A stretch of DNA of 64,000 nt from Candidatus Lustribacter sp. (GTDB lineage: Bacteria; Vulcanimicrobiota; Vulcanimicrobiia; Vulcanimicrobiales; Vulcanimicrobiaceae). The stretch is taken from contig OZ255842.1 in NCBI GenBank assembly GCA_965277805.1, positions 2,656,001 through 2,720,000 on the forward strand. The letters run 5' to 3'. Made by a program: the position numbers and the translations under genes. Below the pieces are notes generated by a model, which was not told the origin of the DNA, did not search any database, and was given only the letters and a program-made list of their open reading frames with translations. How positions within the stretch are numbered: position 1 is the stretch's first letter; each line of letters begins with the position of its first letter. Of the stretch, positions 1-9,150 are shown piece by piece.

Positions 1-294
<294 letters not shown>

Positions 295-377
295 TTACGG
301 TCTTCGATCCGATGACCCCGGCATCCGTTTCAGCCAAGGGGTGGGTTTGCGCGCTATCGCGGGCCAAATGGGCAACC

Positions 378-980
378 ATGGAGTTCGAAACCTACCTCGA
401 CGCGCTGGCATCGGCCGAACCCACGCCGGGGGGCGGCAGCGCTGCGACCTTGGTCGGAGCCCTGGCGGCCGCGTTGTGCGCGATGGTGGCCCGGATCTCG
501 CTGACCTCGGCGAAGCTCGCGCCGGTCCATGCGGAGGCCGCGGCGATCGTGGCGGAGGCCGACGATTTGCGTCGCCGGTTTGTCGAACTGCGCCCGATCG
601 ACGAAGCGGCCTTTCAAGCGGTCGTCGCTGCCCAAGCGATGCCGCGCGCGAACGATGCCGAAAAAGCCGTGCGCCGCAATGCGCTTCAGGCGGCGCTCGC
701 CGGGGCGGCCGAAGCGCCGCTCCACGCGGCGCAGTTGGCACGCGATGCGTTCGCGCTCACGGCGCGCACCGCGGAGCTCCACAACGCGAACTTGATGAGC
801 GACGTCGATTGCGCGATGCGCTTCGCGCGCGCCGCCTTCGACGCGAGCGCCGCCAACGTCGAAGTGAATCACCGCTACATCACGGACGAAGCGACGGTCG
901 CACAACAGCGCGAGCGTCTCGCGGCCCTCGCCCGTGCCGCGCGCGAATTTGAGTCGCGCGCCGCTGCGGCGATCGGTTAG
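378..980 (+). CDS. Formiminotetrahydrofolate cyclodeaminase / cyclohydrolase family protein
   Basis: LDALASAEPTPGGGSAA motif, D-x-x-AF, NLMSDV; start placed at MEFETY. Confidence 0.85.
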   Translation: MEFETYLDALASAEPTPGGGSAATLVGALAAALCAMVARISLTSAKLAPVHAEAAAIVAEADDLRRRFVELRPIDEAAFQAVVAAQAMPRANDAEKAVRRNALQAALAGAAEAPLHAAQLARDAFALTARTAELHNANLMSDVDCAMRFARAAFDASAANVEVNHRYITDEATVAQQRERLAALARAAREFESRAAAAIG

Positions 981-983
981 GGT

Positions 984-1223
984 CTACTCGACGGCAGCGG
1001 GGTCGTTGCTCGCGTCGGAGATCTCGGTGATCTGATCGCCGCCGTGCAACATTTCGACGACGGGCTCGCCGCCTTTTTTGATCGGGTCCGAGACGACGGC
1101 GTAGTGCACGTGTCCGTGACCTTCGTCGCCGTGTGAGTGCAACGTCCCCGCGAGAACGCGGCCGTCGGCAAGGATGAGGCGAATCGGTTTGCCGATGAAC
1201 GGCTTGATCTCAGCGTCGGTCAT
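984..1223 (-). CDS. Small hypothetical protein, Sm/LSM-like pattern with His-rich loop
   Basis: IGKPIRLILADGRVLAGTL resembles Sm1; HSHGDEGHGHVH; lies in an operon-like run. Confidence 0.6.
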   Translation of the reverse strand: MTDAEIKPFIGKPIRLILADGRVLAGTLHSHGDEGHGHVHYAVVSDPIKKGGEPVVEMLHGGDQITEISDASNDPAAVE

Positions 1224-1246
1224 GGATCTTCTCCTTATATAGGTGC

Positions 1247-2050
1247 TTATAAAACGAGATCGAGGAATGGCTTGATGTCGGCTTCATCGACGTCCATGCC
1301 GACCCCGCGCGTATTCCAGCGAATGTCGTGGAAGTCGGAACCGGCGGTCATCACCAGGCCGTTCTTCGCTGCCTTTTCCCGGAAGATCGCCGTCTGAGAC
1401 GCGTTGTGCGTCGGATAGAAGACTTCGAGCCCGTCCAGTCCGTAGGCGATCAGTTCGTCGATGATCTTCTCGTCCTTGAGGCGGCCGGGATGGGCGAGCA
1501 CCGGATGCCCGCCGCTCTGACGAATGATGTCGATCGCCTGTTCGGGGGTGATGTAGTTCGAGGGCATGTAGCCCGGCTTGCCCCGCACGAGCAGCTGGTC
1601 GAAACAGCTCTGGACGTCCTTCGCCAGGCCCTTCTCGATCAGCGCCTTGGCGACATGCGGCCGGCCGAGCGCATCGCCGCCGTCTGATTGAGCCTCGACC
1701 TCGGCACGCGTGAGCGGGTAGCCCGCCGCCGTAAGGTTCTCCGTAATGCGGTCGATGCGCGTGCGCCGGAACTCGCGGTTCTCCGAGATCACGTTTGCCA
1801 GCGGGGTGTCGTCGCCGAGCGGCAGGCCGTAGCCCAAGACGTGCACTTCGTTGTCGTTCCAGGTGGTGTTGATCTCGATCCCCGGCACGATCGTCGCGAA
1901 TTCGGCCACGAATTGACCGTATGCCCGCATCGTATCGTGGTCGGTGATCGAGAAAATACGCACGCTTTTGGCGCGCATCATCGCCACTAATTCTTCGGGC
2001 GCGAGCGCCCCGTCCGACTCGCGCGTGTGCGAGTGAAAGTCGACGATCAC
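1247..2050 (-). CDS. PHP-domain phosphoesterase (TrpH/YciV-like)
   Basis: DFHSHT..SDG, ITDHD, GIE, GRPH, LAHP and GSDFH motifs. Confidence 0.9.
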   Translation of the reverse strand: MIVDFHSHTRESDGALAPEELVAMMRAKSVRIFSITDHDTMRAYGQFVAEFATIVPGIEINTTWNDNEVHVLGYGLPLGDDTPLANVISENREFRRTRIDRITENLTAAGYPLTRAEVEAQSDGGDALGRPHVAKALIEKGLAKDVQSCFDQLLVRGKPGYMPSNYITPEQAIDIIRQSGGHPVLAHPGRLKDEKIIDELIAYGLDGLEVFYPTHNASQTAIFREKAAKNGLVMTAGSDFHDIRWNTRGVGMDVDEADIKPFLDLVL

Positions 2051-2832
2051 GCCAGGCCCCTCAGGTTGATGCGCTTGACGTCCAGTGCCCGCCCCGATGC
2101 GACCTCAACGGTTGCGAGCACGGCGCAAAACTGGCGCGGTCCGGTTTTCTGCACGCTGAACCGTTCGCCATACGCTTGCGTGAACCGTTGCAGCACGCCG
2201 GCCGTCTCCATTCCGATCACGCCGTCGGACGGGCCGGTCATGCCGACGTCGGTGATGTAGGCCGTACCGCCGGTGAGGATCTGCTCGTCGGCGGTCTGGA
2301 CGTGGGTGTGCGAACCGTAGACGAACGAGACTTGGCCATCGAGATAGCGGGCCATGGCCATCTTTTCCGACGTCGCCTCGGCGTGGACGTCGACGACGAT
2401 CACCGGCGTTTGATGGCGCAACATGTCGACCATCTCGCGCGCGACGCGGAACGGATCGTCGACCGTCGGCATGAAGACCCGGCCCATGACGTTGAGCACG
2501 CCGACGGTCACGCCGTCGACCTCGACGATGCCGCTGCCGCGGCCGGGCGAACCGGGCGGATAATTCGCCGGCCGGATGATGCGGTCGGTTTCGTCGAGCG
2601 CGCCGCGGAACTCACGCTTGTCCCAGATGTGGTTGCCGGACGTGATGAAGTCGACGCCGCTCGCGAACATTTCGTCGGCCGTCTGGCTCGTCAGGCCGAA
2701 GCCGCCGGCGGCGTTCTCGCCGTTGGCGATCACGACGTCGACGTGGTGCTGTTCGCGAACCAGCGGGAGATGTTTGGCGAGCGTCTCGCGACCGGGAGCG
2801 CCGACGACGTCGGCAATGGCGAGGATCGAGAT
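2047..2832 (-). CDS. ymdB: YmdB-family (TIGR00282) metallophosphoesterase; start codon non-canonical or uncertain
   Basis: ILAIADVVG, NGENAAGG, SGNHIWD, RPANYP, HAEATSEK, GSHTHVQTADE, TDVGMTG; the frame extends above the GTG at 2733 to an ATC at 2832. Confidence 0.9.
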   Translation of the reverse strand: MSILAIADVVGAPGRETLAKHLPLVREQHHVDVVIANGENAAGGFGLTSQTADEMFASGVDFITSGNHIWDKREFRGALDETDRIIRPANYPPGSPGRGSGIVEVDGVTVGVLNVMGRVFMPTVDDPFRVAREMVDMLRHQTPVIVVDVHAEATSEKMAMARYLDGQVSFVYGSHTHVQTADEQILTGGTAYITDVGMTGPSDGVIGMETAGVLQRFTQAYGERFSVQKTGPRQFCAVLATVEVASGRALDVKRINLRGLA

Positions 2833-2840
2833 ATTTTGCT

Positions 2841-3395
2841 TTAGGATCGCGCCCGTGCTTTCGTTCGCTTGGCGGGATGAACGAAGTACACGATCACCCG
2901 CTTTTCCTCACGGACGCCGACCAGGCGCTGCCGCTGGCTCGGATCGCGCAGCGCATCGAGCGCCAACTCGACCGACTCTTCGCTGGTTCCGGCTTCATCC
3001 TCGTCGGCTTCTTCGGCCTGCGGATTGGTCAGCAGCGCGTCGCCGAAGCGCGCGACGAACAGCGACGCCTGCAGCGCCAGCTCTTCGGGCGAGAACGTCG
3101 CAAGGTCGCGGGTCACGTGGATGAACGTGACCTTGACGTCCTGCTCGCAGGTCACCGCGAGCCGTTCGATCGGTTCGCCGCCGAGGGCGTGGAACGACCG
3201 CACGTGTTCGCCGACGAATTCTTCCAGCGCGCGCATCGCCGCCGCGTCGAGGCGCCGGCCGACCGCATAGGTGAGCGTCAGCGTCGCGTCCGCCGGGTTC
3301 GAGCGAATGCTGTGCAGCTCCGGGAAGCGCACCAACAGCGCGACAACACGGTTGACCGTGTCGGCGGACTCGAAGGCGTTGCGCGGGCGGTACAC
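2841..3395 (-). CDS. Hypothetical protein
   Basis: 184-aa ORF, purine-rich RBS, contiguous with ymdB. Confidence 0.7.
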   Translation of the reverse strand: MYRPRNAFESADTVNRVVALLVRFPELHSIRSNPADATLTLTYAVGRRLDAAAMRALEEFVGEHVRSFHALGGEPIERLAVTCEQDVKVTFIHVTRDLATFSPEELALQASLFVARFGDALLTNPQAEEADEDEAGTSEESVELALDALRDPSQRQRLVGVREEKRVIVYFVHPAKRTKARARS

Positions 3396-3542
3396 TGGTG
3401 CTCTCTCTCTGCTCCGGGGTGGGGGGCCACTATTCAGCCGGGGACTTCCCGGTCACCTCCGGCCCGGTAGCCTCCCCCCTCAATCACTCTTCGAGAGTCC
3501 CCCGCTAGGGAGAAATTTTCACCGTACGGTTGGTCGTTCTAC

Positions 3543-3929
3543 TCAACGGCTCGACCGCGAGCACGCCGCGCACGCCCCGAAAATCATCACGTCGTGGCCG
3601 GTCGCCGTGAACCCCGGGGGCAGCTCGCCGCGGATCTCGCTCGAGCAGCCGTCGAGTTCGTACACGCGCTTGCACTGCGTGCACTCGAAGTGGTGGTGAT
3701 GCGCTTTGCCGGCGCGTTCGTAGAGCGCCGTGCGTCCCGGAATGTCGACGGCGGTGAGCCAGCCTTCATCTAAGAGCGCGCGTATCGAGCGATACACGGT
3801 CGCCCGTCCGAGCGTCGGGAGCGACGCATGCGCGCCTGCCAGAATCTCGTCGGTGCTTAGCGGCCGGCCCGCGCGCTCGACGACGTCGCGGATCGTCCGG
3901 CGCTGCCGCGTGTTGCGCTCGATGCTCAT
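3543..3929 (-). CDS. Fur-family regulator, probably Zur
   Basis: TRQRRTI, ATVYR, HHHHFECTQC, C-terminal CAAC; last gene of the metal ABC cluster. Confidence 0.88.
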   Translation of the reverse strand: MSIERNTRQRRTIRDVVERAGRPLSTDEILAGAHASLPTLGRATVYRSIRALLDEGWLTAVDIPGRTALYERAGKAHHHHFECTQCKRVYELDGCSSEIRGELPPGFTATGHDVMIFGACAACSRSSR

Positions 3930-4768
3930 CGTACGGGCGAAACCGACGTCGAGCGACGGCGCCGGCGGCCGATCGCAAGTAAGACGAAGAACGCCGCCGT
4001 GGCGACCAGCACGATCGTCGCACCGCTGGCGGCGCCGGCATAGTATGAGATGTAGAGCCCGCCCACGCAGCTGCCGATCCCGATCGCGGTCGAGGTGAGC
4101 AGCATGGGAACAAAGCGCCGCGTCACTTGCGCCGCGGCGGCTGCCGGCGTCACCAGCAGCGCGGCCACGAGAATGATGCCGATCGACTCGAGCGAGATCA
4201 CGATCGTGAGCGCCAGCAGTACCAGCAACATGTTGTCGATGAACACGACCGGGAGGCCCGACGCGCGCGCGACCGTCGGGTCAAACGCGGTGAACAAGAG
4301 CGCGCGGTAGTTCCACGCAACGGCACCGGCGACGATCGCGGCGAGGCCCAAATCGATCCACAAATCGTCCGGACCGACCCCGAGGATGTTGCCGAAGAGG
4401 AAGTCCTGGAGGTCGACGGTCGAGGTGCGAACCTGGCTCATCAAAAACACGCCGAGGGCAAAAACTCCGGTAAATATGACCCCGATCGCCGTATCGAGCG
4501 AGACGCGGCCGCGCCGGTTGATGTAGCCGATGCCGAGCGCGGTCAGCACCGCGACGACCGCCGCACCGAGTTCGAAGTTCAGTCCGCGAATGTAGGCGAT
4601 GACGATGCCGGCAAACGAAGCGTGCGCGACGCCGTCGCCGATGAACGAGAGCTTGCGCAACACGACGTAGGTTCCGAGCGTCGAACACAGGCCGCCGACG
4701 ACCAGCGCCGTGACGAACGCGCGCTGCATGAAGTCGTAGTGGAAGGGTGCCGTGAGAGCGTCGATCAC
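3926..4768 (-). CDS. Zn/Mn ABC transporter permease (ZnuB-like)
   Basis: FMQRA, GDGVAHASFAG, FLFGNILG, FDP..AR.SG, GIILVAALLVTPAA. Confidence 0.92.
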   Translation of the reverse strand: MIDALTAPFHYDFMQRAFVTALVVGGLCSTLGTYVVLRKLSFIGDGVAHASFAGIVIAYIRGLNFELGAAVVAVLTALGIGYINRRGRVSLDTAIGVIFTGVFALGVFLMSQVRTSTVDLQDFLFGNILGVGPDDLWIDLGLAAIVAGAVAWNYRALLFTAFDPTVARASGLPVVFIDNMLLVLLALTIVISLESIGIILVAALLVTPAAAAAQVTRRFVPMLLTSTAIGIGSCVGGLYISYYAGAASGATIVLVATAAFFVLLAIGRRRRRSTSVSPVR

Positions 4769-5667
4769 TTGAGCGCCGTGACGATCGTGGTGGTGTCGGT
4801 CTCGAGCATCGAGATGTAGTCGCGCGTCTGGGGTGAGGTTCCGACCGAGTCGTCGTAGAGCATCGCGACGTGCGGAATGCCGGCGCTGCGCGCGACCGCG
4901 TTGACCAGCTTCACGTTGTACTCCGGCTCGGTGAAGATCGCGCGCACGTGCGCGGCGCGCGCGGCGTCGATCAGCTGCGCGAGATGACCGGCACTCGGTT
5001 CGCTGCCGGGAACTTCTTCGATCGCGCCGAGCGTGCGCAAGCCGAAGCGCTTGTTGTAGTACAGCCACGCGTTGTGGAACACGATCATGTTGCGGTTGGC
5101 CGGCGGAATCGTCGCGATCTGGGCGGCGATGCGCGCACTCAACGCGACCAGCTGTCCATCGAGCGCGGCCGCGTTCGCGCGGTAGGTTTGCGCGCCGCCC
5201 GGATCGGCCGCGATCATGCCGTCACGCATTTGCGCGACGTAGTGCCGCGCGTTTTGCGGATCGAGCCACAAATGCGGGTTCGCATCGACGATCTGCAAAC
5301 CGGCGCTGCAATCGACCAGCGGCGTTTTGGTGGCGCCCGAACGCAGCAGGGGCCTGAGCCAGGCCTCGAGGCCGGCGCCGTTTTCGAGGATCAGACCGGC
5401 ATCGTGCGCCCGCACGATGTCGGTTGGGCTCGGCTCGTAGGTCTCGGGCGAAGCCCCGACCGGCATCAGGGAGGTGACGACCGCCCGGCCATGCCCCACG
5501 ACCGAGGCCAGCGAGGCCAGCAACGTCGTCGTAGCCAGCACATCAAGATGCCCCACCGCCGCGGCCCCCGAATCCGCGGGCCCTGAAGCCGCGGAGCCGC
5601 CGCAGCCCGCGAGAGCGAGCGCGGCGGCCAGCAGAACCCCTCGCGTCAGGCCTGCCCAGGGCGCCAC
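4765..5667 (-). CDS. Zn/Mn ABC substrate-binding lipoprotein (ZnuA-like); start approximate
   Basis: Lipobox LAGC, ENGAGLE, NPHLWLDP, FHNAW.Y, EPS. Confidence 0.9.
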   Translation of the reverse strand: MAPWAGLTRGVLLAAALALAGCGGSAASGPADSGAAAVGHLDVLATTTLLASLASVVGHGRAVVTSLMPVGASPETYEPSPTDIVRAHDAGLILENGAGLEAWLRPLLRSGATKTPLVDCSAGLQIVDANPHLWLDPQNARHYVAQMRDGMIAADPGGAQTYRANAAALDGQLVALSARIAAQIATIPPANRNMIVFHNAWLYYNKRFGLRTLGAIEEVPGSEPSAGHLAQLIDAARAAHVRAIFTEPEYNVKLVNAVARSAGIPHVAMLYDDSVGTSPQTRDYISMLETDTTTIVTALK

Positions 5668-5691
5668 GTCATCCTGAGCTTGTCGAAGGAT
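5667..5691 (+). repeat. REP-like element, copy 2
   Basis: CGTCATCCTGAGCTTGTCGAAGGAT; explains the ILRQAQDD extension in the ORF track. Confidence 0.65.
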
Positions 5692-5709
5692 CGCCACCAA
5701 AGCCGCTTC

Positions 5710-5741
5710 GTTATTGCGACTGACTTCTCATTTTCAATAAC
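5710..5741. promoter_or_regulatory. Putative Fur/Zur-type operator
   Basis: AT-rich inverted repeat GTTATTG-N18-CAATAAC; minus strand TATTGAAAATGAGAAGTCAGTCGCAATA, just upstream of znuA-znuB-zur. Confidence 0.55.
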
Positions 5742-8035
5742 TACATGACCGCGGTTACCGTCAGGAGACCTTGAGCTCCGGCAGACCACTGGGTCGTGTT
5801 GAACCCGTTGTTGACCTTGATCACGTACTGATAGCCGCTCAGGTTGAGCACGCTCAGGGCGAATCCGAGGCGATGCGGCGTGGCCTTGCGGCCGATCGAT
5901 GCATCGAACGTCAGGTGCGGAAGCAACCGCCCGGTGCCGTTCTCGAACTCCACCGGATAGCCCGTCCCATAATCGGAGCCGATCGATGCGGTGTACTCGC
6001 CGTTGCGGCCAAAGCGCCACGCGTAGCCGTCCTTGATCGCGACGGCTTGATCGTGATCCTCGGGCTGCAGCGACGTATTGCTGATCGCGTCCGGTGGAAA
6101 CAGAAACGTTCCGCCCGAGATGCCGCCCGCCACCGACTGCGAGAACGTGCCTGAGAGGTACCAGTTCGCACGCGGTTGGCGGCCTTCGAGACGCAGTTCG
6201 AAGCCGTGCGCCAATCCGAGCGCGTTGTTGAATACCGCGAAGATCGGCGTCGGAAAGATCTGCGTCGTGTCGAGCACGTTCCACACGTTGCGCTGCCAGA
6301 CGTTGACGTAACCGTCGATCCCGTTGCCGAACGAGTGCGCGAGCCCGGCTTCGTAGTACGACTCGGTCTGCGGCTTGAGATCGTACACGGGCAACGCACC
6401 GGACGGCGATCCGCCGCCGGCGACGACGGCATCGCGCCGCGTGTCTTCGAGCGACGGTGCACCGTATAGCCGGCCGTAGTAGACGTGAAACGTCGTGTCC
6501 GGCGCTACGCGCAGGTTCGCGCCGATGCGCGGCTGCACTTGATTGCCCTGCACGAACCCGTTCGACTCATCATACCGTAGACCAACCTGTAGCGAGAAGG
6601 CTGCCGTCGGCGTCCATTTGTCTTGCACGTATGCGCTGTAGGCCGATCCGTGCTGCGCGGTATTATCGAAGAACGGCGGCGCACCGGCCGTGACAATCGT
6701 CTCGGCGCCGCTGAAGTTTTCGGCCGAACCTTCGAGGCCGGCTTTGAACGAATGGCTGCCGCTGTCGTGGCCGTAGACCGTGCGCAATCCGAACGATGTT
6801 GCGCGGCGATCGGAGTTCAGCCCGTCGAGCGAACACGGCGGCGCGGCGGGCGCGCAGTCGTCGTCGCTGTAATCGAGCGCCAGGATGTCGTTGGCCAGAT
6901 CGCCCGCGTACACGACGCGGCTCGAACGAAACCACGGGATGACTTGCGTGTACGCACCGCCGGGCGAGGTGTGGGTGTAGTTCGCGCTGCCGAAACTCGT
7001 GTACTCCAGCTGCACGTCGTCTTGTCCCGGGACGTTGACGATCGAATCGACCGGCGTGAGGGTGGGGTTGATCGGGATCTGATAGGTGTTGAACTGGTTG
7101 GAGTAGTTGAACGCGAGCGTGTCGTGCGGGCCCATGTTCGTGATCGTGCGCAAGAACACGTCCGAGAGGCTCGCGCCGTCGTGCACCTGCGCCTGCGTCG
7201 GCGCATCGAGTCCGCGATTGGTGCCTTGCGTGTTCGCATCGAAGAACACGTCGGTCGATCCGATGCGCGAAGCTTGCGAGAACGAGAACTGCGAGGTGCC
7301 GTACGTTCCGATCCCCGCCGAGAACGACGTCTGCGACCCGTTCGGGATGTCGATATCGCGCTTGGTCACGATGTTGATCACCGCGCCCGCGCGCTGGCCG
7401 CCGAACTCCGCCGGAAAGGCGCCGGTGAAGATCTCGAGCGAATCGATGTTGCGCGGATCGATCAGTTCCGAGAAGTTCGAACTTGTCGTGAGCGGCACCG
7501 GTGCGCCGTCGACTTCATAGCTGACGCCGTGAAAGCCGTGCGCCACCGGTTCGTCGTACGAGAACTCGACGATGCCGGGCACCGTTTCCACCAGCCGGTT
7601 GAGGCTTTGCGCCTGCGGCATCGCAGCGATGTCCGCGCTGGTAAACGTGGCCACCGACACCGGGTTACCGCCGGCACCGCGCGTCGTTGCGGCGGTGCGG
7701 CCGATCTCGGCCGGCGCGCCGATCGCGAGCGCAACGTCCGAGACTGAATCCGTCGATACGTCGACCTCGCTTTGAGCGGGCGGTTTTCCGGCGCTCTCCG
7801 CGCGCACGGTGTAGCGTCCAAAGGCGATTTGCCCGAATGTGAAGCGGCCTGCGGCGCCGGTGACGGTGGTCTCGGTCGTGCCTTCGCCGGCGATGGTCAC
7901 GCGAACGCCCGCTGCGGCCGCGCCGTCGATCGTCACGGTGCCGCGAACGGTACCGGTCACGGCGGCCAGCGCCGGCATTGCGAGCATAGGTAATACGAGC
8001 GCTGCGAGCAGCACTGCTATCTTGCGTCCGAACAT
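5741..8035 (-). CDS. TonB-dependent receptor with N-terminal carboxypeptidase-regulatory-like domain
   Basis: Signal peptide, GTVRGTV, plug motif IDSLEIFTGAFPAEFG..GAVINIVTK, GLRYD, QPRIG, NLS. Confidence 0.9.
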   Translation of the reverse strand: MFGRKIAVLLAALVLPMLAMPALAAVTGTVRGTVTIDGAAAAGVRVTIAGEGTTETTVTGAAGRFTFGQIAFGRYTVRAESAGKPPAQSEVDVSTDSVSDVALAIGAPAEIGRTAATTRGAGGNPVSVATFTSADIAAMPQAQSLNRLVETVPGIVEFSYDEPVAHGFHGVSYEVDGAPVPLTTSSNFSELIDPRNIDSLEIFTGAFPAEFGGQRAGAVINIVTKRDIDIPNGSQTSFSAGIGTYGTSQFSFSQASRIGSTDVFFDANTQGTNRGLDAPTQAQVHDGASLSDVFLRTITNMGPHDTLAFNYSNQFNTYQIPINPTLTPVDSIVNVPGQDDVQLEYTSFGSANYTHTSPGGAYTQVIPWFRSSRVVYAGDLANDILALDYSDDDCAPAAPPCSLDGLNSDRRATSFGLRTVYGHDSGSHSFKAGLEGSAENFSGAETIVTAGAPPFFDNTAQHGSAYSAYVQDKWTPTAAFSLQVGLRYDESNGFVQGNQVQPRIGANLRVAPDTTFHVYYGRLYGAPSLEDTRRDAVVAGGGSPSGALPVYDLKPQTESYYEAGLAHSFGNGIDGYVNVWQRNVWNVLDTTQIFPTPIFAVFNNALGLAHGFELRLEGRQPRANWYLSGTFSQSVAGGISGGTFLFPPDAISNTSLQPEDHDQAVAIKDGYAWRFGRNGEYTASIGSDYGTGYPVEFENGTGRLLPHLTFDASIGRKATPHRLGFALSVLNLSGYQYVIKVNNGFNTTQWSAGAQGLLTVTAVM

Positions 8036-8037
8036 CG

Positions 8038-8346
8038 TTAGCGACGGTGCTTCGGATCGGGGCGGATATCGGTTCCGGGCCAAGGCACGATCGACGTGTC
8101 GATCGTCGCGTAGATAACCTCGCCGACGTGCAGTTTGCGCAGGTCGGCGTGCCGCACGGGTTCCACTTCCATCGTCATGGCCATCGGCATCATCGGAAAC
8201 GGATCGTGGTGGATCATAAACGTGTCGCGTTTGGGATCGATCTTCACGATCGTCCCGTGAATGTGCGCGATCGTTTGCGGCGTCGTCGCCGCAATCGTCA
8301 ATGCCATACCGGCACCGGCGATCGCGTGGAAGAATTGCGTCGTCAT
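8038..8346 (-). CDS. CusF-like periplasmic copper-binding protein
   Basis: GTIVKID, IHHDPFPMMPMAMTMEV (CusF H...M-x-M), LHVGE; GGAG RBS. Confidence 0.8.
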   Translation of the reverse strand: MTTQFFHAIAGAGMALTIAATTPQTIAHIHGTIVKIDPKRDTFMIHHDPFPMMPMAMTMEVEPVRHADLRKLHVGEVIYATIDTSIVPWPGTDIRPDPKHRR

Positions 8347-8394
8347 GTGTTCTCCGTCAGTTGTGCAATGTACGCCCCGCAGTGGGGCGTTGGA

Positions 8395-9069
8395 TCAGCG
8401 CACGAACGACGGCGGCGCGCGCAGGCCACGCCCGGTCGCGAGGACCGGAATCGCGTAGCCGAAATCGACGCGAGGCGGGAGGCGCTGCACGTGCAACGGG
8501 CCGGCGTCGGCGGCGCGTGCAACAACGGCAACGAGGGCGACGATGATCCGGCGCCCGAGCGCAAGCGCGATGCGTCCGGCAGCGATGCCGAGTGCGGTCG
8601 CGGCGAGGGCGCAGAGGACGAGCAGCGCGACGAGCATCGCACAAACGGGTAAGGCAGGCGGAGTGGAGCGTTCGAGACCCAGCATCGCTACGACCGCAGT
8701 GGCGCCGCCGATCAAGAGCACGACGGCCGTGCGGGCCGGCGGCAGGTGTGCGAGTGCCCCGGCGATCGTTCGCCGCGTCACCGCGCGATGCGGATCGCGC
8801 CACAGCATCACGATCGCCGCCAGCGTCAGGAGCGCGCTCGCGATGATGAGCGCCAGCACGATCGGGCAGATCATCATCGCGGATGGCCCCGGCGAACTCA
8901 TGTCCATGCCCGCCATGCCCGGCATCATCGGCATCGCGCCCGGCGCCATCGGGAGCGCGATCTTATCGGTACAGGTGAGGCTCGTCTGGGCGGCCAGCAG
9001 CATGGCCAGCACGGCTGATGTCAGCAACGCGACCAGCGGGATGGCCGTCCGGGGACGAGTGAGGCTCAC
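8395..9069 (-). CDS. Met-rich membrane protein with C-terminal RAPP motif (candidate arrest-peptide leader)
   Basis: Several hydrophobic segments, C..MAPGAMPMMPGMAGMDMS..MMICP, ends GLRAPPSFVR*. Confidence 0.75.
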   Translation of the reverse strand: MSLTRPRTAIPLVALLTSAVLAMLLAAQTSLTCTDKIALPMAPGAMPMMPGMAGMDMSSPGPSAMMICPIVLALIIASALLTLAAIVMLWRDPHRAVTRRTIAGALAHLPPARTAVVLLIGGATAVVAMLGLERSTPPALPVCAMLVALLVLCALAATALGIAAGRIALALGRRIIVALVAVVARAADAGPLHVQRLPPRVDFGYAIPVLATGRGLRAPPSFVR

Positions 9070-9150
9070 CTAAATGGCATTCACGCACCGCGGTAACGAA
9101 ATCCCCCAGCCCAGGCTCGGGCCGTCGCTTCCACGAACGCGCTACGGCTG

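Noticed and set aside
5668-5700. ILRQAQDD N-terminal extension of the ZnuA-like protein
   Set aside because: It is the translation of the palindromic repeat; the lipoprotein signal begins downstream.
9100-9130. CCAGGCTCGG resembling the 3' part of an SAH riboswitch, or an ECF autoregulatory promoter
   Set aside because: The 5' riboswitch half is absent, and the spacing between candidate -35 and CGTC elements does not fit.
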